Shown piece by piece: positions 10,850 to 21,601 of a stretch of 32,000 nt of DNA (positions within the stretch are counted from its first letter, which is position 1; the number at the start of each line of letters is the position of its first letter). Both the position numbers and the translations under genes were made by a program. Origin of the DNA: Bifidobacterium longum subsp. longum JCM 1217 (GTDB lineage: Bacteria; Actinomycetota; Actinomycetes; Actinomycetales; Bifidobacteriaceae); the NCBI RefSeq assembly GCF_000196555.1, contig NC_015067.1, positions 1,380,001-1,412,000 of the forward strand, written 5' to 3'. The notes under the pieces are model-generated. The model searched no databases. It was given only the letters and a program-made list of their open reading frames with translations, and had not been told where the DNA came from.

Positions 10850-11443
10850 CTACACCAACAATTCGGCGGCGACTCGACGGAGGGTTTCGGGGCTGTGGCC
10901 TTTGCGGCCGCCGGCGGACCAAAGCCGACGCTGACGGACCCGACGATCGAGGCCATGGGTTTTGCGGGCTATTTGGCGGCCCAATTCCCATGCGGCATCT
11001 TCAAAGATGCCATTTTGCTCAGCTTCGTCACACACCTGTTCAGCCAGCTTGCGGTCCACACCTTTGCGAGCAAGTTCCATGACCGTACCACGACGGCCCA
11101 TCATGCGACCGGCACAATAGCGTACGGCCGATTCGGCATAAGCGCCGTCGTCAATCAGTTGCACGCGAATCAGCCGTTCGATGACCTCGTCCACGATCGC
11201 CTCGCCGTACCCTTTGGCAAGCAATCGTTCGCGTAACGCACCGGATGCACGCGGGGCCGCGTCCAGCAAACGCAATGCAGCCTCGCGGCAAGCGTCCAAA
11301 TCATTGGGATCTTCGACAACGGCAGCGTCTCTCCCCCGTCGAGAAAAACGTCCCGACGGTTTCGACTGAACATGCTGCTCGGCAATGGGCATGTCTTGCG
11401 ACGCAACAGGATTGCGCCGCAAGAACGCTTCGGCACTAATCAT
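10850..11443 (-). CDS. recX: RecA regulator RecX
   Basis: Starts 2 nt after the recA stop (ATG 11441-11443, recA TGA 11446-11448). Repeated helical RecX-like modules (..AALRLLDAAPRASGALRERLLAKGY..VIERLIRVQLIDDGAYAE..). Confidence 0.88.
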   Translation of the reverse strand: MISAEAFLRRNPVASQDMPIAEQHVQSKPSGRFSRRGRDAAVVEDPNDLDACREAALRLLDAAPRASGALRERLLAKGYGEAIVDEVIERLIRVQLIDDGAYAESAVRYCAGRMMGRRGTVMELARKGVDRKLAEQVCDEAEQNGIFEDAAWELGRQIARKTHGLDRRVRQRRLWSAGGRKGHSPETLRRVAAELLV

Positions 11444-11445
11444 GT

Positions 11446-12639
11446 TCAGGCCTTAGCTGTGCCGGCCTTGGCACGGGTCGTTTTGGCAGCAGGCGCCGCT
11501 GCGGCCTTGCTGTCCTTGGCCACGTCGGCAGCAGCAGCCTCGCTGACGGCGGCCGCTGCTGCGGCTTCGCCATCTTCCGCGAACTGATCGGCGGAACCGA
11601 TCAGACCGAACTCGGCCTTGACCTTGTTCTCAATCTCCTCGGTGATGGCCGGGTTGTCCTTAAGGAACTGACGGACCTTCTCTCGTCCCTGACCGAGCTG
11701 ATCACCCTCATAGGTGAACCACGAACCGGACTTCTTGACCACGCCAACCTGCTGGGCCATGTCGATCACCGAGCCCTCACGGGAAATGCCTTCACCGTAG
11801 AGCATGTCGAATTCGGCGGACTTGAAAGGCGGGGCCATCTTGTTCTTGACCACCTTGACGCGCGTGCGGTTGCCCACCGCTTCGTCGCCGTTCTTCAAGG
11901 TCTGGATGCGGCGGATGTCGAGACGCACGGAGGCGTAGAACTTCAGAGCTTTACCACCGGTGGTGGTTTCAGGGTTGCCGAAGAACACGCCGATCTTCTC
12001 ACGCAGCTGGTTGATGAAGATGGCGGTGGTGCCGGCCTGAGCCAATGCGCCGGTCATCTTGCGCAGCGCCTGACTCATGAGTCGGGCCTGCAAACCAACA
12101 TGGCTGTCTCCCATTTCGCCTTCGATTTCGGCCTTCGGCACCAAAGCGGCGACCGAGTCGATGACGATGACGTCAAGCGCACCGGAGCGAATCAGCATGT
12201 CAGCGATTTCGAGGGCCTGCTCGCCGTTATCCGGCTGGGAGACGATGAGTGAGTCGGTGTCCACGCCGAGCTTGCGGGCGTAGGCCGGGTCGAGCGCGTG
12301 TTCGGCATCGATGTAGGCCGCCACGCCGCCCTTCTTCTGGGCATTGGCCACCACATGCAATGCGAGCGTGGTCTTACCGGATGATTCGGGGCCGTAGATC
12401 TCCACGATGCGGCCCTTGGGTAGGCCGCCGATGCCGAGCGCCATATCGAGAGCCAACGAACCGGTGGGAATCACCTCGACGTTCTGCTCGGGCTGGTCGC
12501 CCAGTCGCATTGCGGAACCTTTGCCAAAACTCTTCTCGACCTGCGCCAGCGCGGTGTCCAGCGCCGCCTTGCGCTTGGGATCGAGCTCGTGCTTGTCCTC
12601 GGCTGCCGGGTCCTTGGCCGGCTTGGTCTCAAGTGCCAT
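11446..12639 (-). CDS. recA: Recombinase RecA (397 aa)
   Basis: [12 protein letters not shown] (Walker A), [10 protein letters not shown], and L1/L2 loop regions. ATG at 12637-12639 is preceded by AAGGAG. The upstream 24 codons of the raw ORF lack any RecA similarity. Confidence 0.97.
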   Translation of the reverse strand: MALETKPAKDPAAEDKHELDPKRKAALDTALAQVEKSFGKGSAMRLGDQPEQNVEVIPTGSLALDMALGIGGLPKGRIVEIYGPESSGKTTLALHVVANAQKKGGVAAYIDAEHALDPAYARKLGVDTDSLIVSQPDNGEQALEIADMLIRSGALDVIVIDSVAALVPKAEIEGEMGDSHVGLQARLMSQALRKMTGALAQAGTTAIFINQLREKIGVFFGNPETTTGGKALKFYASVRLDIRRIQTLKNGDEAVGNRTRVKVVKNKMAPPFKSAEFDMLYGEGISREGSVIDMAQQVGVVKKSGSWFTYEGDQLGQGREKVRQFLKDNPAITEEIENKVKAEFGLIGSADQFAEDGEAAAAAAVSEAAAADVAKDSKAAAAPAAKTTRAKAGTAKA

Positions 12640-12844
12640 GATCTTCTCCTTGTCGAAGTCGTGTGCGAATCGGATGCCTCCACCGTATGACGGACATGCC
12701 ATGTGAGGCAATCCAAACCAACCATTGTGGTTCCAGCTTGCCCGAGCTTGGCCACCTGGCCTCCTTAAACCCTACTGCGGTAAGGATTATGGCAGATGGC
12801 AAGCACCCTGTGCACACGTATGCGGCTTCTTGTCACTGTGGATA

Positions 12845-12875
12845 ACTATAACCACACACACGAACATTTGTTCGA
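12845..12875 (-). promoter_or_regulatory. LexA (SOS) box plus -10 of the recA promoter
   Basis: Minus strand reads TCGAACAAATGTTCG (12861-12875), matching the Gram-positive/actinobacterial GAAC-N4-GTTC consensus. It is followed 10 nt later by TATAGT (12845-12850). Confidence 0.8.
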
Positions 12876-12939
12876 ATTTGGCGTGCAACACGCCGAAATC
12901 GCCAATTTCACGATTCAGCGACTCCGTAATCCCGCAGTG

Positions 12940-13173
12940 TCAGACGGCGGGCATGGGCGGCGCGTTATGATCGTGGCCCCAACGCTTGGAGTCCGGAACC
13001 TCCATTTGGTCGCAGAGCACATTCCAGACCACGCGTGGCTCCTCCCCCGCGTCCAGCGCCTCGACCACGGTCATATTCGCCAGTTTGGGCATCCGTTGAT
13101 CACGCGACAGCGAACGACCGTAGGTCCGACCGAACACCTCTTCAAGTAATTCCCAGAATTCCCGTTCACGCAT
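12940..13173 (-). CDS. DUF3046 family protein (recA-associated small protein)
   Basis: MREREFWELLEEVFG..MTVVEALDAGEEPRVVWNVLCDQMEVP matches the DUF3046 pattern. It sits immediately upstream of recA, as in other Actinobacteria. Confidence 0.85.
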   Translation of the reverse strand: MREREFWELLEEVFGRTYGRSLSRDQRMPKLANMTVVEALDAGEEPRVVWNVLCDQMEVPDSKRWGHDHNAPPMPAV

Positions 13174-13204
13174 ACACGCCAGTGTGCCACCAACCGCAGG
13201 ACAG

Positions 13205-13237
13205 CAAAAACCCGCATCGCCACAAGCGATACGGGTT
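13205..13237 (-). terminator. Intrinsic terminator after the clgR-like gene
   Basis: Minus strand: aacccgtatcgc ttgtg gcgatgcgggtt followed by tttgctg (one G-U pair). Confidence 0.7.
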
Positions 13238-13284
13238 CACAGCTAGACATAGATTACGGGACGCGGCTTCACACCGCCAACCGA

Positions 13285-13800
13285 TCAGCCCTCGACCGAG
13301 TCGAGATAATCAGCCACCATGCGCAGCATGCGCGAAGTGGAGACTCCGAGCGCATCGGCGATGGAGCTCAGCAGTTCGGAGCTGGCTTCCTTCTGTCCAC
13401 GTTCGACTTCGGAAAGGTAGCCTAGCGAAACGCCTGCCTTCTCGGAGACTTCACGCAACGTGCGGCGATCGCGCGTGCGCAGCTCGCGCAGCACATGACC
13501 GATAGCACCACGCAGCGAAAACTCGCGAGGCTCCTCCTCAGCCACCACGGGCTCGGCGGCGGCAGTCGGCTTGTACGACGGCGAATCCTCATCCCACATA
13601 CGTTCACGAACGGCTTGACGCTGATCCTTGGCCTTCTTGGCGGCCTGTGCCTTGAGCACCTGCTGCTGGGCGAACATCACCGCACGGCGCTGGGCCGGAG
13701 TCAGTTCACGCATACGGGCGACACCCGGCTGCACAGCCATCGGCTTCTTGGCGGCCACATCCATCTGTTCGTTCACTCGGGTCATCGTTTCCATCGCCAT
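13285..13800 (-). CDS. clgR: XRE-family HTH transcriptional regulator, ClgR-like
   Basis: C-terminal HTH_3 domain ([40 protein letters not shown]). Position between cinA/pgsA and recA matches the conserved actinobacterial clgR locus. ATG at 13798-13800 is preceded by GGAAGGGG. The symbol is assigned from synteny only. Confidence 0.7.
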   Translation of the reverse strand: MAMETMTRVNEQMDVAAKKPMAVQPGVARMRELTPAQRRAVMFAQQQVLKAQAAKKAKDQRQAVRERMWDEDSPSYKPTAAAEPVVAEEEPREFSLRGAIGHVLRELRTRDRRTLREVSEKAGVSLGYLSEVERGQKEASSELLSSIADALGVSTSRMLRMVADYLDSVEG

Positions 13801-13859
13801 CGCCCCTTCCCAGGTCGGTTCAGTGTTTCCACTATGTACAACACGACAACCCAACGGTT

Positions 13860-14393
13860 TTATTCCTTAAAACTTGCTGTGAATAGACTCAAGTTTTGCA
13901 GAACGTGGAATACGGTGAGGCGACGAACCTCTTCGCGCATGCCATCAAGATGGAGTTCGACGGCTTTGAGCACTTCGGCATGGTCCGCGGTGAGGCTTGC
14001 GGGGATGCGCAGGCCCACATACACCAGTCCGGCCGGCTTGTCACCGTCCGGACCGGGGCCGGCCACGCCGGTGGTGGAAAGGCCGATGATTCGGTCGCCG
14101 TATTCCGGCTGGCTGTATAGGCGAGCGGTACCGATGGCCATCTGCCGGGCGACTTCGGGGTGTACGGCACCTTCTCGATCCAATAGGGCCTTGTCCACGT
14201 GCAGGATCGAGGCCTTGGCATTGATGTCGTAGGTGACAGCGGAGCCCAACAACACGTTGGAGGCGCCGGGAATACGCACGAACGCATCGGCAAGCAGGCC
14301 ACCGGTCAGGGATTCAGCGCAGGCGATTTTCGTATTGTTCGCCTCGCAAATCTTGAGGATGCCGGCCGCGAGACTGTCGCACAATTCCCGCAT
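13860..14393 (-). CDS. CinA-family nicotinamide-nucleotide amidohydrolase domain protein (PncC-like)
   Basis: [29 protein letters not shown].. is the CinA C-terminal domain signature. ATG at 14391-14393 lies 11 nt after the pgsA stop. Confidence 0.85.
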   Translation of the reverse strand: MRELCDSLAAGILKICEANNTKIACAESLTGGLLADAFVRIPGASNVLLGSAVTYDINAKASILHVDKALLDREGAVHPEVARQMAIGTARLYSQPEYGDRIIGLSTTGVAGPGPDGDKPAGLVYVGLRIPASLTADHAEVLKAVELHLDGMREEVRRLTVFHVLQNLSLFTASFKE

Positions 14394-14404
14394 TGGAATA
14401 TCCG

Positions 14405-15064
14405 TCACTTCCGCTTCGGGGCGACGAACGTGTTGTACAGGTACACGGCACCCGAGTAGAGGCACAGGACCAATGCCACGTAGATGATGGCGTAGGTCAG
14501 GAAGTAGTAAGCGGTCATCCAGAACGGCGTGGCTTGTCCGTTACCCAGAGACCAGAACGGCAGCAGCAGCATGGACAGACCCACGCACTGGAATACGGTC
14601 TTGAGCTTGCCGGGCCATGCGGCGGCGATGACTTTGCCGCCCGGACGCTCCATGACGAAGAAACGCATAACGGTGATACCAATTTCGCGAATCAGGAACA
14701 GGATGGTTACCCACCAGCCGAGCTCGCCGAACGCGGAGCATACAATCATTGCGCCGCAAGTGAGCAGCTTGTCCGCGATCGGATCCATGAGCTTGCCCAT
14801 TTCGGTGACCTGATTGTATTTGCGGGCCATCCAACCGTCGATTTTATCGGTGGACGCGGCGATGATGAACAGCACCGCGGCGACCCAGCGCATGGTCAGG
14901 TTGTTCTCACCCCAGGCACCGGCGAGAATGTCGAGTGTCAGGAAAAACACCACGAGTACGATGCGCGAGTAGGTGACTAGGTTCGGCGGCGCGTTCCATC
15001 CGTCGAACAGCGATGATTTGGGCGATGACTGCTTGTCCATTGTGTTCTCATCCATAGTGTTCAC
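14405..15064 (-). CDS. pgsA: CDP-diacylglycerol--glycerol-3-phosphate 3-phosphatidyltransferase
   Basis: CDP-alcohol phosphatidyltransferase motif DKIDGWMARKYNQVTEMGKLMDPIADKL and multiple TM helices. The start could be GTG 15064 or ATG 15055. Confidence 0.9.
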   Translation of the reverse strand: MNTMDENTMDKQSSPKSSLFDGWNAPPNLVTYSRIVLVVFFLTLDILAGAWGENNLTMRWVAAVLFIIAASTDKIDGWMARKYNQVTEMGKLMDPIADKLLTCGAMIVCSAFGELGWWVTILFLIREIGITVMRFFVMERPGGKVIAAAWPGKLKTVFQCVGLSMLLLPFWSLGNGQATPFWMTAYYFLTYAIIYVALVLCLYSGAVYLYNTFVAPKRK

Positions 15065-15216
15065 GTTACCCCCACACTTCTACCTTGAGTGAGTATTGGC
15101 TGGATATTGACTGCCATTATTCGGGAATCAGGTTGCGTGCTGATGGCCGCGTGGCCGCGCTTCTCTCTCCGCCCCTTCGGGGCACCTCCCTCATCAGAGG
15201 AAGGTCGATGGGTGAA

Positions 15217-18126
15217 TTATTCGCCGAGTTCGGGCTGTTGCGGGGCGGTGGCTTCGAGCGAGCTGGTTTCGCCTCGGATGAAGGCGAGCACCTGCGGCAG
15301 GTCCTGCGGCTGGACGAGCACTTCGCGGGCCTTCGAGCCTTCGGACGGCCCGACCACGCCACGCGATTCGAGCAGGTCCATGAGTCGGCCGGCCTTGGCG
15401 AAGCCGACCCTGAGCTTGCGCTGCAGCATCGAGGTGGAGCCGAATTGGCTGGTGACCACGAGTTCGGCGGCCTGCAGCAGCACGTCCATGTCGTCGCCGA
15501 TCTCCTCGTCGGGCTCCATGCTGTCTTTCTTTTCGGCTTCCTTGGCCATCTGTTCGATGTCTTCGCGGTATTTCGGCTTGCGCTGGGTGCGCACGAACTC
15601 CACGGCCTTGCGAATCTCGGATTCGGACACCCACGAGCCCTGCACACGAATCGGCTTGGCGGAACCCATCGGCAGGAACAACGCATCGCCCTGACCAATC
15701 AGGGTCTCGGCACCGACCGTGTCAAGAATGACTCGCGAATCGGTGGCGGACGAGGTGGCGAACGCCAGTCGGGATGGAATGTTGGCCTTGATCAGACCGG
15801 TGACCACGTCCACGGACGGACGCTGGGTGGCGAGCACCAGATGCACACCGGCGGCTCGTGCCAGCTGGGTGATGCGCTGGATGGAGCTTTCCACATCGTT
15901 CTTGGCCACCATCATAAGGTCGGCCATCTCGTCGACCACCACGAGGATGTACGGATAGGGGGCCACCTTGCGCTGGGAGCCGGCGGGCGCATGTACCTTG
16001 CCGGCGCGCACGGCCTCGTTGAAGTCCTTGACGTGGCGGAATCCGAAGAATTCGAGGTCGGAGTAGCGTGCATCCATCTCTTTGACCACCCATTCGAGGG
16101 CCTGTGCGGCTTTCTTCGGATCGGTGATGATCGGGGTCAGCAGGTGCGGGATGCCTGCGTAGGCGGACAGTTCCACGCGCTTGGGATCCACCATGATCAG
16201 ACGCACCTGTTCGGGCGTGGCACGCATGATGATCGAAGTGAGCATCGAGTTGATAAAACTCGACTTACCGGAACCGGTGGCACCGGCCACCAGCAGGTGC
16301 GGCATCTTGGTCAGGTCGGCGGTCACGAAGTGGCCTTCGACGTCCTTGCCGATGCCGGAGAGCATCGGGTTCGGGTCGCCCACGGCCTTGTCGGAGCGCA
16401 GTACGTCGCCCAAGTGCACGATTTCGCGATCCTCGTTCGGGATTTCGATGCCGATGGCGGATTTGCCGGGAATCGGTGAAAGGATACGCACATCCGAACT
16501 GGCCACCGCGTAGGCGATGTTGCGCTGCAGGTTGGTGACTTTCTCCACCTTGACGCCGGGGCCAAGCTCGACCTCATATTGGGTGACCGAGGGGCCACGC
16601 AGGAAGCCGACGACTTTGGCATCCACGTTGAACTGTTCGAAGGTGGAAGTCAGCGCCCGGATCACGCGATCGTTGGCCGGGGTGCGCATCGCATGGGGCT
16701 GGCCTTTGGTCAGCAGGTTCAGGTCGGGCAACTGATACGGCCTATTGGCGTCGTCGTCTGTATCGTTGCCGGCGGTGGCATTCGGCTGGCCGCCCGTATT
16801 GGGCACGCCCTGGCCGACTCCGCTGCCGTCCGCATCGGCACCCGCGTAGGCTCCGGTCGCGGCTGCCGCAGCCGCGGCACCGGCGGCTCCGGCCGCTCCC
16901 ATCGCACCGGCTGCCCCTGCGAGCGCGACAGTACCGGCCTGGGCGGCACTGGGTGCCCACGGGTCGTCTACCGCTCCCCCACCGGGCATGGCGACGGTCT
17001 GGCCACTGGTGATGACGCGGGTTCGGGAAGCGTCGCCATCATCTGCATCGGCAGCAGGCGCAGGGCTGGATAGGTGCGGACGGCCGTCGTACGAAGACGA
17101 TGCAATGGTTCGCGCACCGATAATCTCGCCGGTCATCGGATCGACCACCGGGGTTTCGGCGGTGGCACCATGCTGGCTGGCGGCACGGTCGAATGGATCG
17201 TCGGCAGCATACTTGTCAAGAGTTTTGTCGTCTTCGGTCTTGGATTTGCGGCCGAACAGTCGTGCGAACAGGCTGGGCCGTGCATCGCCGGCCTGATCGT
17301 TGTCGCTTCCGTCATCGTCGCCGTCATGCGAGGGAACACCGTCGGCAAAGGCGAGAGTGGTATCTCCCACACGGACCTCGTTGGGGAACTGGCTGGCGCT
17401 CCCATCCGTCTCCTGGCCCATCGGCACATACGGTTTGCGTTGGATTTTAGCGGCGATTTTGCGCGCATCCTCCGGCAAATCGGTGACGTGGGTGCCGGTA
17501 ATCATCAGCAAGGAGAACAGGCCGACGACCACGAAAATGATGATGGCGAACACGTTGGAAAGGCCCCAGGCGAGCGGTGAGCCGAGGAAGAAGCCGAACA
17601 GGCCGCCGGCGGATTGCAGAATCGTGATGTCGAATCCGGTGTGGTCGGCGGCGATCGCCACGTCGATGATCGAACAAATCGACCACATGAGCAGCACCCA
17701 ACCGGTGACCACACGCGGGTTATTGGACCCTTTACCGGAATTGCGCATGAGTCGGAAGGCCACGGCGGCGAGCAACACCGGCAGCACGACGCTCATCAGA
17801 CCAAGCACACCGGCCGCGGTGGCGTGAAGCAGCTGGCCGAATGGACCGCTGACGCGGAACCATTCGGACGCGCAGAACAGTACGGCGAGCACGAGCAGCA
17901 GGAAGCACAAACCGTCACGACGGTAGGCTGGATCGTATTCGCCGACGCCGGTGACGGCGCGTACGCCGGAGCCGAACGCGCGCGGAATCGCGAGCAGGAT
18001 CTTCTTCCACAACGGCTCAGGTTCGAGGTCAAGCTCGGGCTGGACCTTGGTTTCGCCATCATGGGTAGACCCGTTGTCTTTGGATTTACGGGGTTTGGTG
18101 CTGTTGGAGGATGCTGTTCGTGCCAT
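15217..18126 (-). CDS. ftsK: DNA translocase FtsK
   Basis: N-terminal TM helices, Ala/Gly/Asp-rich linker, and motor domain with [16 protein letters not shown] (Walker A) and [15 protein letters not shown]-terminal winged-helix gamma domain ([24 protein letters not shown]). ATG at 18124-18126 (MARTASS..) was chosen because the upstream extension overlaps the divergent promoter region. Confidence 0.93.
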   Translation of the reverse strand: MARTASSNSTKPRKSKDNGSTHDGETKVQPELDLEPEPLWKKILLAIPRAFGSGVRAVTGVGEYDPAYRRDGLCFLLLVLAVLFCASEWFRVSGPFGQLLHATAAGVLGLMSVVLPVLLAAVAFRLMRNSGKGSNNPRVVTGWVLLMWSICSIIDVAIAADHTGFDITILQSAGGLFGFFLGSPLAWGLSNVFAIIIFVVVGLFSLLMITGTHVTDLPEDARKIAAKIQRKPYVPMGQETDGSASQFPNEVRVGDTTLAFADGVPSHDGDDDGSDNDQAGDARPSLFARLFGRKSKTEDDKTLDKYAADDPFDRAASQHGATAETPVVDPMTGEIIGARTIASSSYDGRPHLSSPAPAADADDGDASRTRVITSGQTVAMPGGGAVDDPWAPSAAQAGTVALAGAAGAMGAAGAAGAAAAAAATGAYAGADADGSGVGQGVPNTGGQPNATAGNDTDDDANRPYQLPDLNLLTKGQPHAMRTPANDRVIRALTSTFEQFNVDAKVVGFLRGPSVTQYEVELGPGVKVEKVTNLQRNIAYAVASSDVRILSPIPGKSAIGIEIPNEDREIVHLGDVLRSDKAVGDPNPMLSGIGKDVEGHFVTADLTKMPHLLVAGATGSGKSSFINSMLTSIIMRATPEQVRLIMVDPKRVELSAYAGIPHLLTPIITDPKKAAQALEWVVKEMDARYSDLEFFGFRHVKDFNEAVRAGKVHAPAGSQRKVAPYPYILVVVDEMADLMMVAKNDVESSIQRITQLARAAGVHLVLATQRPSVDVVTGLIKANIPSRLAFATSSATDSRVILDTVGAETLIGQGDALFLPMGSAKPIRVQGSWVSESEIRKAVEFVRTQRKPKYREDIEQMAKEAEKKDSMEPDEEIGDDMDVLLQAAELVVTSQFGSTSMLQRKLRVGFAKAGRLMDLLESRGVVGPSEGSKAREVLVQPQDLPQVLAFIRGETSSLEATAPQQPELGE

Positions 18127-18265
18127 ATCGGGTCTGATTCTACTAGTACGGGGGTGCATGGTTGGTGACGACACCGTGACGATATGGTCGATTGACGAAT
18201 CCCGACAGCCGATTCGCCGCGTTCGTCTGAGTCGATTCCCCGCTGGGGCGCGAATATGCCTTATC

Positions 18266-19087
18266 ATGGGTTGCATGACACCCGCAGAGCGTGCGAGCGC
18301 AGTCGCATTTGCACTCAAGAACTGCGCACTGGAAGCGATGACGCCGGGCGAGGCAACGATGCGCGCCGCGGCTGCCTACGAACGCGGCTTGAAGCCCGTG
18401 ACCCATCTCATCGACGTGGCGGACGAACAGACCGCCATGCGTCTGCGCGCCACCGCCGACCCTGCCGGAAAGGATCGTCTGGCTGCCGGCAGTCTGGATG
18501 ATCATGCCACGGATCGGGCGGATGCGGTGTTCGCACGTACCGTGTTGTTGGCGGAACGTCGATGGAATCCGTCTGGCGACTTGGATGAGCTGACCGCCAT
18601 TCATAAGGGGCTGTTCGAAGGCGTGTTTGAGGATGCGGGCAAGTTGCGTACCTCAAACACCACACGCGAGGTGACGAACGACCGGGCTCGAGCCGCGAAT
18701 CCTGAGGCGTTCTTCCCGGCTGGGCTCATTGAGACCGGCGCGCACAACATCGCGATGGAGTTGGCGGACAAGCGCAACCTGCATGCGTTGGATCGCGACG
18801 TGTTCGTTCACGCGTTCGCTTCTATTTATGATGAGCTCGGTTATCTGCATCCGTTCCGTGGCGGCAATGCGATGGTGCTGCGTATATTCGGTTCACGCTT
18901 GGCGCATGACGCCGGCTGGGATCTCGACTGGGGCTCAGTGACGCGCGAGGAGTATCGCTCCGCCAAGCACTCGGCATATCGGGGCGACACGTCTGCACTG
19001 GAGACGATGTTCGACGCGATACTACGCCCGGCGAATCCGACGCGTGTGTTCTTGATCGCCGGCTGGAATCAGGGGCCTGCACACTGA
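18266..19087 (+). CDS. Fic/DOC (Fido) family protein with N-terminal VbhA-like inhibitory module; degenerate Fic motif
   Basis: [12 protein letters not shown] at nt 18848-18883 sits where HxFx(D/E)GNGRxxR is expected. The N-terminus [35 protein letters not shown] resembles VbhA-type antitoxins (..ALASQRLEGLEP..). The start is either ATG 18266 or ATG 18275. Confidence 0.75.
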   Translation: MGCMTPAERASAVAFALKNCALEAMTPGEATMRAAAAYERGLKPVTHLIDVADEQTAMRLRATADPAGKDRLAAGSLDDHATDRADAVFARTVLLAERRWNPSGDLDELTAIHKGLFEGVFEDAGKLRTSNTTREVTNDRARAANPEAFFPAGLIETGAHNIAMELADKRNLHALDRDVFVHAFASIYDELGYLHPFRGGNAMVLRIFGSRLAHDAGWDLDWGSVTREEYRSAKHSAYRGDTSALETMFDAILRPANPTRVFLIAGWNQGPAH

Positions 19088-19120
19088 TTGCGGGTGATTG
19101 CATCGGCCTTTGGCTGATTC

Positions 19121-20107
19121 CTACGCCGTGATATCGCCCAGATGATGCTGGGTGTATTCGTCGGCTCGGGCGTCGATCGGGTCGTAGTCGCCGGCGTCGG
19201 CGTGCGCGATAATGGCCATCGCGTTGTCGACCAGTTTCGGGTTCAGGGCCTGCAGCCAGTGGATGCGCGGGTCACGGCCGAACCATCCCATCTGTTTGCG
19301 GGCGAGTCGCTTGGTTTTCTGTGCGATGTCCGCGAAGGCGTCGTTCACATCCCAGATGCCGTCCAGCAGGTCGATGATCTGCTGATAGCCGAGCGCACGT
19401 ACGGCGGTGGCACCCAGATGCGGGCGCAACCGTTCGACTTCTTCGATGAACCCATCGTCATACATCTGCTTGGTGCGCAAATCGATGCGATGGTCCAAAT
19501 CCGGGCGGTCCAGGTCGAGTCCGATCTGCACGGACGGAATCACGTACCGGTAGCGCGGCAGACTGGCCGAATACGGTTTGCCGGTAAGCTCGATGACCTC
19601 CAGCGCACGGATGGTGCGGCGTGGATTGCGTGGGTCCATGCGCGCGGCGGCCTCGGGGTCTTTGGCCCGCAACTCGTCGAACAAAGCACCGGCACCCTCG
19701 GTTTTCTCGCGTTCCTCAAGACGTGTGCGCACGTCGGGATCGGTGCCGGGGAAGGTGATGTCATCGATGGCCGCTCTGGCGTACAAGCCGGAGCCGCCGA
19801 CGAGAATCGGCCGTATGCCACGTGATTGCAGGTCGGCGATGGTCTCGCGCGCAAGCTGCTGGAATCGGGCCACGCTCATCGTGTCTTCGGGGTCGATGAT
19901 GTCGATGAGATGGTGCGGCACGGCCGCCTGTTCCTCGGCGGTGGGTTTGGCGGTGCCGATATCCATGCCACGGTACATCTGGTAGGCGTCCGCGTTCACG
20001 ATTTCGGCCCGCTCCCCCGCTTCGGCCAGACGCCGGGCGATGGCGATGCCCAACCCCGTCTTGCCGGACGCGGTGGGACCGACGATGGAGACGACTCGTT
20101 GCGTCAT
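19121..20107 (-). CDS. miaA: tRNA dimethylallyltransferase
   Basis: [24 protein letters not shown].. P-loop and ..VGGSGLY.. ATG at 20105-20107 is preceded by GAGGGGG, which overlaps the miaB stop. Confidence 0.93.
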
Positions 20108-20117
20108 ATACGCCCCC

Positions 20118-21572
20118 TCAGTGCCGCACGGAATAGGTCTGGCCGGCGGCCACGTCGGGGTCGGCAAGCAGATTATGGCGGCCGGCGTGTGTGACGGTGG
20201 CCGTGACGAAATCGCCGATTTCAGGTACCGGTTCGCCTTCAGGCACGCCGATGTGCACCAGCACGCCGGTTTTCTCGCGGCCGGTGACACGGTGGGTGTC
20301 GGTGTCCTTCTTGCCGAGTTTGCCGGTGATCATCACTTCGACGTCGCGGCCCTCGAATGTGGCGAGGTTCTCTTCGGTGATCTGCTCCTGCAACGCCACC
20401 AGACGGTCGAACCGGTCCTGCACCACGTCGCGCGGAATCTGTTCCATTGCGGCGGCCGGCGTGCCGGGGCGTGGCGAGTAGATGAACGTGAACGCCGAGG
20501 AGAAGCGCGCCTGGCGCACCACGTCCATGGTCTGTTGGAAGTCCTCTTCGGTTTCGCCGGGGAAGCCGACGATGATGTCGGTGGAGATCTGCGCGTCGGG
20601 CATGGCGGCGCGGATGCGGCCCAGTATGTCGAGGAACTTGGCGGAGCGGTAGGAGCGGCGCATCGCGCGCAGGATGCGGTCGGAACCGGACTGCAGCGGG
20701 AAGTGCAGCTGGTGCATGATGTTCGGCGTTTCGGCCATCGCGGCGATGACGTCGTCGGTGAAGGCGGCCGGGTGCGGCGAGGTGAAGCGCACGCGTTCGA
20801 GACCGTCGATGGTGCCGCAGGCGCGCAACAGCTTGCTGAAAGCGTATCGATCGCCAATACCATAACCGAACGAATTCACGTTCTGGCCGAGAAGCGTAAC
20901 CTCCTTGGCACCATCGGCCACGCATTGGCGAATCTCATCAAGAATGTCACCGGGGCGGCGGTCCTTTTCCTTGCCTCGCGTGGTGGGCACAATACAGAAC
21001 GTGCAGGTGTTATTGCAGCCCACGGAAATCGCCACCCACGAGCTGATGCGGGAGGCGCGGGCGGCGGGAAGCTGGCTCGGGAACTGCCGCAATTGTTCAG
21101 TGACCTGGACCTGCGCCTTGCCGGTCGCACGATTCTGATCCAACAGCTTGGGCAGATCTTCGATGTTCTTGGTACCGAACACCGCGGAAACCCATGGCGC
21201 AGTATCCGCGATCTTCTTGCGGTCAAGCTGGGCCATGCAGCCGCCAACGGCGATCTGCAGGTTCGGCCGAACCAGTTTGACGCGATTGAATCGGCCAATG
21301 GTGCCATACATGCGTTCGGCTGCGTTCTCGCGTACCGCACAGGTATTGAGCACCAGCAAATCGAGGTCATTGTCATTGATCTGGTCCTCGGTTGCAGGCA
21401 CGTAGCCATTGGCCTCCAGCACGCCGGCGATGCGCTCGGAATCGTGCACGTTCATCTGGCAGCCGAGCGTATGGATATGGAACACGCCCTTGCCGCGTTT
21501 CTCCAGCAAACCATCGGTTCCATCGGCTGCAATCGAGGCGCGCTCCGCCTCGGTCATCATGTCTTCATTCAT
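20118..21572 (-). CDS. miaB: tRNA-2-methylthio-N6-dimethylallyladenosine synthase (radical SAM methylthiotransferase)
   Basis: UPF0004 N-domain ([23 protein letters not shown]), radical-SAM [11 protein letters not shown], and C-terminal TRAM domain. Tandem with miaA. Confidence 0.93.
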
Positions 21573-21601
21573 AACGACCGATTCTATCGACGGGGTTCGT
21601 C

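Noticed and set aside
12471-12755. 94-aa minus-strand ORF in the recA leader, preceded by a strong AAGGAGG (12760-12766)
   Set aside because: The SD-to-GTG spacing is only 4 nt. The ORF overlaps about 170 nt of recA out of frame, with R/S/T/P-rich off-frame composition. The SD-like element may still matter for the leader, but the ORF is unlikely to be a real protein.
15085-16479. 464-aa plus-strand ORF (and 17951-18265, the upstream part of the Fic ORF) overlapping ftsK
   Set aside because: Antisense to the FtsK motor and N-terminal regions, with off-frame-like composition (R/G/H/A-rich). FtsK motifs on the minus strand explain the DNA.
16740-16960. GC-rich quasi-repetitive DNA (gccgc/ggcgg runs) inside ftsK
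   Set aside because: It encodes the Ala/Gly-rich low-complexity linker of FtsK (..[27 protein letters not shown]..). This is a compositional feature, not an independent repeat element.
19088-19120. Spacer between convergent Fic and miaA stops, checked for a terminator
   Set aside because: Only a duplicated tgattgc heptamer and a trivial 3-bp stem are present. No supportable hairpin was found, so no feature is called.
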